Assembly (NCBI GenBank): GCA_051530055.1
Contig: JBMGUZ010000101.1
Coordinates: forward strand, 1-5,615
DNA length: 5,615 nt
Origin: Neoechinorhynchus agilis
Lineage: Eukaryota > Animalia > Acanthocephala
Direction of reading: 5' to 3'
Both the position numbers and the translations under genes were made by a program. The notes under the pieces are model-generated. The model did not search any database. It was given only the letters and a program-made list of their open reading frames with translations, and was not told where the DNA came from. This document shows positions 1 through 5,615 of the stretch, piece after piece. How positions within the stretch are numbered: the first letter of the stretch is position 1; each line of letters opens with the position of its first letter.

Positions 1-269
1 TGGATCGCGGGCATATTCTCAACCCGAGCTTAAAAAAAACTTTCGTAAAAAAAACAAAAAATGTGGAAATAAAACTCTAAGTTACTTCATCGTAGCCTCT
101 GGGCAAAAAATGACATTATTTTGGTGACGTATTTACCTAAAAAGTTTCGTTTTCTCATAAAAGAGCGAGCGCACAACGCGAATAATTCAGAGGAATTTCA
201 CACGAACTAGAATATTTAAAAACTTACAAGCAGTAAGTATTGGCGAGCAGCCAAAGCCCAATGACGACC

Positions 270-1563
270 AAGGATGCGATTGCATCTCAGAGGGCACATT
301 GAAGAAATGAAAGATAATTAAACTCTCGAATCGTTGTGATTGGCATAAAATGCGGTGGTTACTGAAATCAAAAATTTGGAAGCTGCGGTCGCAAAGATAA
401 GGATCTCTGAGTAATTTTTCAGCGCATCTTTGTGTGCCCTCGCGAAAAAGGAAGGTGGGATTCGTTACATTGCAATTGGAACAACCCTGCGCAGTTTAAC
501 ATCAAAAATTTTAAATAAAAGGATCGCAGAAAAAGTTGGGATGCTGCTTGAGGCGATTGTTCATTCACTCTGCACGCTCATCACCGAAAACTCAAAGCCA
601 TGCGTGGTCTTGAAATGCTATTTCAAAAATGCATTCAACACAGTTTACCGAGCAGATTTGCTCAGAGTAGTTACAAATCGGACTCCAACTCCCTCAACAA
701 CCACGTTTTGTTGTCAGAAAGCGGAGTTCAACAAGGGATCCTTTGGGCGCAATAGAATTCTTACTTGCAGTCAATCCCGTCGCGCACTCACTCCAGTCCA
801 GCCTTAACGGCTGGTACTTGGACGATGCCGCGCTCGGAGATAACCCCTCTGTTGTACTGCACGATTTGGAGACACTCGTGTAGGAGACGGCGAAATTTGG
901 CATTAAATTGAACGCTGACGTGGAAGATGAGGCGTCCAGACAAACTATCCTGAAAGATTTTCAGCACCTGGCCCCAGGGATTGAATTGATCACTCTAAAC
1001 CGATTGAGTATTCTAGAAAGCTGCATTTTTGGTTATAATGTCGAAGCAGAGATTGCCAATCTTCCACCGAACGAGTTGATGAATTATTCTCCCAAAAAGG
1101 TTCTGTTCCTCATCAAGAACAAGCCTTTTCATTAAAAACTGCTGTATAAGCTGCGCACAGCACCTTTCTTAGACATAAGGATAAGCTGGCAAAATTAGAC
1201 GAGACGGTGAAAGCCTCTCTCGAGAAAATTTTGAATACTCAGCTGTCGGACGAGGTCTGACGTCAAGCGTCCTTGCCTGTGTCGTCCGGCGGTTTGAGTA
1301 TCCGAAAAGCAGCCGATATTTCTCTGCTAGCTTATTTGGCATCGTATGAAGCAAGCCGCAAAGTAGTTAAATCCGTTCTTGGCGAGAATTACACTTTGGA
1401 TGGAGATTCCGTGGAGGCTCTCATTTTTTGCTGTGGAGATTCAGGCAGCGAGCAGGTCCCCGTCAATGGTTGCAAAAAATCAGTTTGGTACTCACCCCTA
1501 GTAGCGAGAACTCACAACTCTTTAATTTCAGATTCTCGTGACCTGGTGAACCGTGCTTGAATT
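270..1563 (+). mobile_element. Degenerate reverse transcriptase region of a CRE-clade (RLE-type) non-LTR retrotransposon, 3'-truncated
   Basis: RT motifs occur in the expected order across three frames: FFSASLCALAKKEGGIRYIAIGTTLRSL (from 415); FKNAFN; LLSESGVQQG/DPLGA (one G lost at 735-737); GWYLDDAALG (YLDD 815-826); GIKLN; KLLYKLRTAP; LEKILNTQLSDEV*RQASLPVSSGGLSIR; DLVNRA*I. In-frame stops lie at 881, 1258 (expected W) and 1558 (expected R). The QLG motif region appears deleted. The 5' boundary is approximate. Confidence 0.9.
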
Positions 1564-1749
1564 TCGAGATTCGAGTATATGTTATTGTTTAGGTCGCTTG
1601 ATTGGATCGGTCATTATCAATTCAATCTAGAATAACGGAGGGAATCGTCACAACACACAAGATTGTTCATTTTGACTCGGGACCCGGGATTGTCAAACCC
1701 GTAGGCGAAGACTAGCCTCCCTGAGTGTGTTTAGGCAAACAACGTGTAG

Positions 1750-2756
1750 TTAGAGGGAAACTTTTGCTTTGTTCCCTTCCAGGCCATCTCGATATATATC
1801 GACTCTTTTTTGTTGTAATTGCAAGTCCAATATTTGTTTGACCAGTCTCTGCATTTTGGCATCCTGGTTTATATTGGCTATTTTAATTTGAGATGCGCAG
1901 TACCTCAGATAATTAGAGGTAACTACTCCTCTTGATGAATGATTGGGGATAGATAGAAAGTTATTTGAAAGGCTAAAAAGTAAAGAATTCCAGTCATAGA
2001 GACTCAGATGTACGAAAAGAGAACTTTTGATGGCGAAGTTAAAGAAGGCTACATTAATTGGCGAAAATCGAAATCTACGAGTTAGGGACTTGTCGTTGGA
2101 TAAATACCAGGTTATGATATCGTGATAGCATGCTTCCGATAAAGCACACTGTTTCACAACCGTAATGCTTTCCTGTCTGTTGGAAGGAGCATAGCATCCA
2201 TCCAACCAAGAATGAACATTACTTGATACCCTGTGAAATGTGGGCTGGGTGGGAGTTAAAAACACATGAGTGCTTTCTCTATTGACTATTGTGTTCGTCC
2301 ATTTTCCTGACGGGTCATTAAAATCGCCAAATAAAACGATATTGCCCAAACTTAGAAGGTTACTAAAAAATGTCCTTCGTATCTTTTTTATGTATGAACT
2401 TCGGACGTACATAAATATTTCCAACTAACATTAACTCCTTCCCATTAGAATGAATTTTGAAGATAACATATGATAGATTTTCACTAATATAATTTTGGAT
2501 AAGCGAGGCTGAAAGGTGTTTTTGAAAATTGTTAAGAGACCACTTGAATGTGCATTCCAAGGAAATGTTGGGAATACATCGAATTCAAATGTAAACTTTT
2601 GTGGTAAAACATAAAAACCTACTACTGCCTTTTTGGCCTCTTGTATACAAATAATATCTTCGGTAATGTAGTTAAAAGTATCTAAACTGTTGAGAGCCGC
2701 GGCTCCCCCGAATTCCATTGTAAGCAGTGTAAATTGAGCGGCGAGGACCCACTCAT
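1750..2756 (-). pseudogene. LINE ORF2 remnant: apurinic-like (APE/EEP) endonuclease domain plus linker, RT absent
   Basis: From the ATG at 2756 the frame reads MSGSSPLNLHCLQWNS. After a 1-nt shift in a G run (~2706-2710) it reads GAAALNSL...DIICIQEA...SGLLTIFKN, then LVGNIYVRP, then NIVLFGDFN (GDFN 2317-2328), PTFHR..SWLDG and CYHDII (degenerate SDH). Three frameshifts link track ORFs 2431-2718, 2363-2560 and 1750-2424. No RT motif is found downstream. Confidence 0.85.
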
Positions 2757-2758
2757 TG

Positions 2759-3964
2759 TCATTCTATAACGTCCATCGCAGTGTCAGAGCCGCTAGTGAT
2801 ATGTCTAATTTTTGATGCATTGTTTAAGCGTCTTGAATTTTTGCCGATTATTTTATTGTTTTTGGTCGGTATTCTTTGCCTCTGATTCAGTCCTGATTGT
2901 ACTTGGTTCCCGTTATTCGGTGTCGGGTTGATAATGGTCTTCGGAATCGTGATCGAAAGCAGGTTTTGAATTTGCTGTGCAATTTGATTCTGAAGGCTGT
3001 TGAAGAGTGTCGATATGCGATGTGTTATTTCGTGTAGTACTTTATCGAAGATTCGTTGACATAACTCCTCTTCATTGTAGATGGGTTGGGTTGGTTGGAC
3101 GGCATCCTTTGTAGTAGCAATCGTTCCTGTCAGATAGGACAGTGATGAAAGGATTGTCTATTGATTGCTCTGATTTCTTTTCATTTCGATATCCGTCTTC
3201 CAGGCATCCACATAAGCCTTAAAACACGGACAACCTTTATAGTAGCTCCTGTGAGATCCGCCACAGTTGGCGCATTTACTCGTTTTATTAGTGCATGTTG
3301 ACATATGATGCTCCTCGGCACGGAAACAGCACTTTTGGATTTTATTGGGGCATTTTTGATTCCAGTGCTCCCACTGTAAGCATATATTACATTGCGGGTA
3401 GACGAGGTTAGAATCTGTATTGGAATTTTTTGAGAAACTAATCTCCATACATTGAAAGATCCATTTGCGTGAGCATAGAGTATCCATATGGTCGGTGTCG
3501 GTTTCCACTACTCCCACTGGAATCGTCTTTCCCGTCTTCCTGGATTCAAAAGAGAATTTAAACTTGAGCTGAAATTGTTCTTCGAACCCTTTAATCGTTC
3601 CAGGCGAGGATAAACTCTCGATGTTGTGTGCAATGAAAGTGGCTTTGCTTCTGAAGGATTGTAGATTGAAATGCCGATTATCGAAACGTTCTTTTATGAA
3701 GGCTTCGAAGTCCTCCATTTCCATTTTGTTTGTAAAGACTATTTTCAAGGTACCGTTCCAAAATGACGTAGATTTAATTCTTATTATATTATCTTTTTTG
3801 GTATTTAACCATGGCTTAAGGAAAAGTCCCCAAGTTGCCTCTTTGGTGAGAGCAGTTATTTTAGATACGTAATTGTCCTTTTTGAAAGGCCGATCATAGT
3901 ATCTGCTTTGTGGGTGGCCGTTTGCCACCCCCTCCGCCACAGTACTCTGTGGTTGTGAAAACAT
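2759..3964 (-). pseudogene. LINE ORF1 (gag-like nucleic-acid-binding protein with three Cys/His knuckles, I/Jockey/R1-group type), one internal stop
   Basis: The knuckles CNICLQWEHWNQKC, CCFRAEEHHMSTC (degenerate) and CANCGGSHRSYYKGC lie at ~3230-3391. After the TAG at 3158-3160 the same frame stays open for 132 more codons (EEELCQRIFDKVLHEITHRISTLFNSLQNQIAQQIQNLL...AMDVIE) to TGA at 2759-2761. ORF2 follows immediately. Confidence 0.85.
3912..3952. repeat. Two adjacent short perfect inverted repeats (hairpins)
   Basis: gggtggc(3912-3918)-cgttt-gccaccc(3924-3930) and ccacag(3937-3942)-tact-ctgtgg(3947-3952), read directly from the sequence. Confidence 0.85.
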
Positions 3965-4698
3965 TGATCGTAGGTCGGACGCATAGTTTTAATCGTTTCG
4001 CGAAACCATAATTGATTAATGAACAGGTGCTAGCCGAGTCCATGATGGCAAGTAAGTGATGACCGTGTATCGTAATAGGAAGAGAAACATCGCATAGAGA
4101 GCTTTGAATAGGAGCTCGTTCTGTGACTTTTAGTACAGTTGAACAGAAATCGATGGCGGCTGATAATTTGTCTCTTTGGATGTCCTTTTTTGATCGGTAC
4201 ATTACCCGCCAATGCCCTCTGTTCCAACAACCAGAGAAATTCGACTCTTTCTGGACACTGATATCGTGGATGTTGAGGCTTGCCAAGGAACCAGCACTTC
4301 CTCGTATTCACTTTCATTACCGCTATTCGATCTTCTACTTCTATATTGTTTGGTTCTTCTTTGTTCTCGGTTGCGGCTACCGTAGGGAAGCGTGATCGTG
4401 AGTAGAGTTCTGCATTTTTCTGTGCGCTTTCTAGTGATTTTGATATTGTAACTGCCTCATCCAGAGTTAGATCGTCCTTGTCTAATTGCCGCTGACGGAT
4501 CATAGACGATGATATTCCCGCAAGAGAAGAATCGCGAACAAGCTCCAACCTGTATTCTTCAGGACTTACAGCTTTCAATTGGCACCTTCTACTGATCAGT
4601 TGGAGAGCCTGGAGGTATTCATCCAAGGATTCAGACGGCTTCTGCTTTCGGGTGTATAAAGTATATCTCGAGAATATAGCATTTTCCTTTTTGACGTA
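3960..4698 (-). mobile_element. Ty3/gypsy LTR retrotransposon remnant (Mag-like): gag core, two zinc knuckles and aspartic protease, truncated before RT
   Basis: The gag core reads YVKKENAIFSRYTLYTRKQKPSESLDEYLQAL...LVRDSSLAGISSSMIRQRQL...TLDEAVTISKSLESAQKN. The degenerate knuckles CWFLGKPQHPRYQCP and KESNFSGCWNRGHWRVMYRSK are joined by a 1-nt frameshift at ~4250. The protease reads ITIHGHHLLAIMDSASTCSLI (DSAS 4029-4040). The left boundary is approximate (+/-15 nt). Confidence 0.88.
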
Positions 4699-5044
4699 AC
4701 TTGTCGATACACTCGCAGCCAGCAATCTCAAGTTCTCGGCGGTTCAAGGTGAAGGTGCAGCGAGCGCTGCGGAAGGACGGAAAACGGCAAAATACCTCGA
4801 TTTAGACCGGGTTCATGTGTTTGTGCCTTTTGGAGTTGAGACCTACGGATCTCTTAGTAAAGATGCTCTTCAACTCCTGAGGGATCTGAAGCGATGCCTT
4901 CAGGTTACAAACGGCGACGCAAGGCCAGGTTTCAAAATATCAGCATCGTCGTATTGAGAGGCAACACTGCAAGCATTCGTGCGACAATTGAGGACGAGGA
5001 CGACTAGGCATATAACAGTTTGTGAGCGAGCGCTAAAATAAATA
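4693..5044 (+). mobile_element. 5'-truncated CRE-clade non-LTR fragment: C-terminal part of the restriction-like endonuclease, stop codon and short 3' UTR
   Basis: Reads DVTC/(V)DTLAASNL...GAASAAEGRKTAKY...FVPFGVETYGSL...LLRDL...GDARPG/QNISIVVLRGNTASIRATIEDEDD* with TAG at 5005-5007. Frameshifts lie at ~4705 and ~4928. This matches the WD(A/V)TCVDTLA...AE..K..KY...FVP..VET.G...QRGN C-terminus of CRE elements. It is not shown in the ORF track. Confidence 0.87.
5037..5042 (+). promoter_or_regulatory. Candidate polyadenylation signal (AATAAA) at the 3' end of the CRE fragment
   Basis: AATAAA lies about 30 nt after the CRE stop, right where homology switches back to gypsy gag. No poly(A) tail follows, and the hexamer is common in AT-rich DNA. 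Confidence 0.4.
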
Positions 5045-5257
5045 CATATTAATGTTTTCATAAGTGTTGGCTTCCGCAATCAATTCGTAAACCGAGGGAG
5101 AAACAAATCTTACCAGACACTTGAGCTTGTCTACTGATTAATCTTCAAGCGATTGCATGAAGTTTTCCGGCGTTTGTTTCCAATGTCTGTAATCCCGCGT
5201 GGCATTGATAGAATTGGGTTCGGTCTGTAGCTGATCCGGTCGCAAGATTCGATCCAT
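5045..5257 (-). mobile_element. N-terminal part of the same Ty3/gypsy gag, separated from its remainder by the CRE insertion
   Basis: From the ATG at 5257 the frame reads MDRILRPDQLQTEPNSINATRDYRHWKQTPENFMQSLED*SVDKLKCLVRFVSPSVYELIAEANTYENINM (TAA at 5138-5140). This matches the MDRxLRP..L..DPNS..A...W.HW..TF.NF...DKL..L...VSP.VY..I....TY start of the gag family, which normally continues into YVK..N.IF.R. Confidence 0.82.
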
Positions 5258-5340
5258 GAAGCTAGTTAAATTGTGTGGTGATTTTTAGCAAAAGAGGGTT
5301 TTGACTAGCTTCAAAACAGGCTAACCAATCAACCGCACGC

Positions 5341-5615
5341 ATGAACAGTCACACACACGCATATATCGTTCACACAAAATCGATTTTGTGTGAGCGTGGA
5401 TCTGAAGCCAAATTTTTCCATCAATGAGTTAATTCCTTGATCCGTCTAATGACCTCTTGCATCCGTTCCAAATTTATCTAGATTTCGTTTCATTATGCTT
5501 TGAACAAAAGGAAGGTCCTAGTTATCGAATTTGCGAGTGAGAAAGCAATTGATCTTTGCCGAAAAAATGAATTGACTCACATTTGAATTTGTGGTTTTAC
5601 AGCGTTTTTCGGATC
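5341..5615 (+). pseudogene. Possible degenerate LINE ORF1-like N-terminus running off the window (tentative)
   Basis: One frame from the ATG at 5341 reads MNSHTHAYIVHTKS...FFHQ*VNSLI...ALNKRKVLVIEFASEKAIDLC...I*ICGF, with three stops. The resemblance to the N-terminal/RRM-like part of I-group ORF1 proteins is loose and by eye only. Confidence 0.2.
5370..5393. repeat. Perfect 24-bp palindrome
   Basis: tcacacaaaatcgattttgtgtga is its own reverse complement (12 pairs, no loop). After one mismatch, two more pairs extend it to 5367-5396. Confidence 0.95.

Noticed and set aside
1-260. AT-rich left flank with A tracts as a possible poly(A) tail or promoter
   Set aside because: No element 3' end can be tied to the A runs and no coding or RNA motif is recognisable, so it is left unannotated.
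694-1354. - strand ORFs 694-903 and 1169-1354
   Set aside because: They are antisense to clearly conserved CRE RT motifs.
1671-1697. Imperfect hairpin tttgac...gtcaaa, and an IPGPES peptide resembling LINE PGPDG on the - strand
   Set aside because: The stem is short and interrupted. The peptide sits among stops, seems too close to the APE domain, and has no RT motifs after it.
3083-3098. (GGTT)n-like short repeat
   Set aside because: It is only 3-4 imperfect units and encodes QPTQP within the ORF1 extension, so it is neither telomeric nor an array.
3621-3872. 83-aa + strand ORF
   Set aside because: It is antisense to LINE ORF1 with no recognisable domain.
4245-4255. Programmed gag-pol frameshift
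   Set aside because: The shift falls between the two gag zinc knuckles rather than at the gag/pol border, and restoring one base gives the usual CPA-K motif, so it is a mutation.
4123-4395. 90-aa + strand ORF
   Set aside because: It is an antisense shadow of the gypsy knuckle/protease region and has no motifs of its own.
270-5257. Alternative genetic code or programmed recoding to explain the in-frame stops
   Set aside because: All three stop types occur, at positions expected to be different residues (W, R, Q-like), alongside many frameshifts and deletions. This fits ordinary decay.
5298-5317. Hairpin gttttga-ctagct-tcaaaac
   Set aside because: A 7-bp AT-rich stem is expected by chance and has no terminator or Helitron end context.
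5410-5500. - strand KFG...TDQG peptide resembling an integrase core
   Set aside because: The match is four residues with wrong spacing, a stop immediately before it and no other DDE motifs.
1-5615. Prokaryotic RT-based systems (retron, DGR, group II intron) or CRISPR
   Set aside because: The RT context (CRE-type motifs, RLE tail) and the gag, protease and APE neighbours are all eukaryotic retrotransposon features. I saw no repeat-spacer array or TR/VR pair.

Overview
No intact cellular gene, RNA gene or CRISPR array is recognisable here. The window is a eukaryotic-type nest of decayed retroelements. (1) A + strand CRE-clade non-LTR reverse transcriptase remnant at ~270-1563 has YLDD intact but carries frameshifts and stops. 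(2) A - strand I-group-like LINE has a near-full ORF1 with three Cys/His knuckles (3964->2759, one internal TAG) and a frameshifted AP-endonuclease ORF2 (2756->~1750); its RT is missing. (3) A - strand Ty3/gypsy (Mag-like) gag-protease remnant runs 5257->~3960. (4) The gypsy gag is split by a ~350 bp + strand CRE 3' end (RLE tail plus 3' UTR, ~4693-5044), which the ORF track does not show. A perfect 24-bp palindrome lies in the putative gypsy leader, and two hairpins sit at the gypsy/LINE junction. All family assignments come from motif recognition by eye, with no database search. I see an interesting insertion history but no supportable novel functional system.
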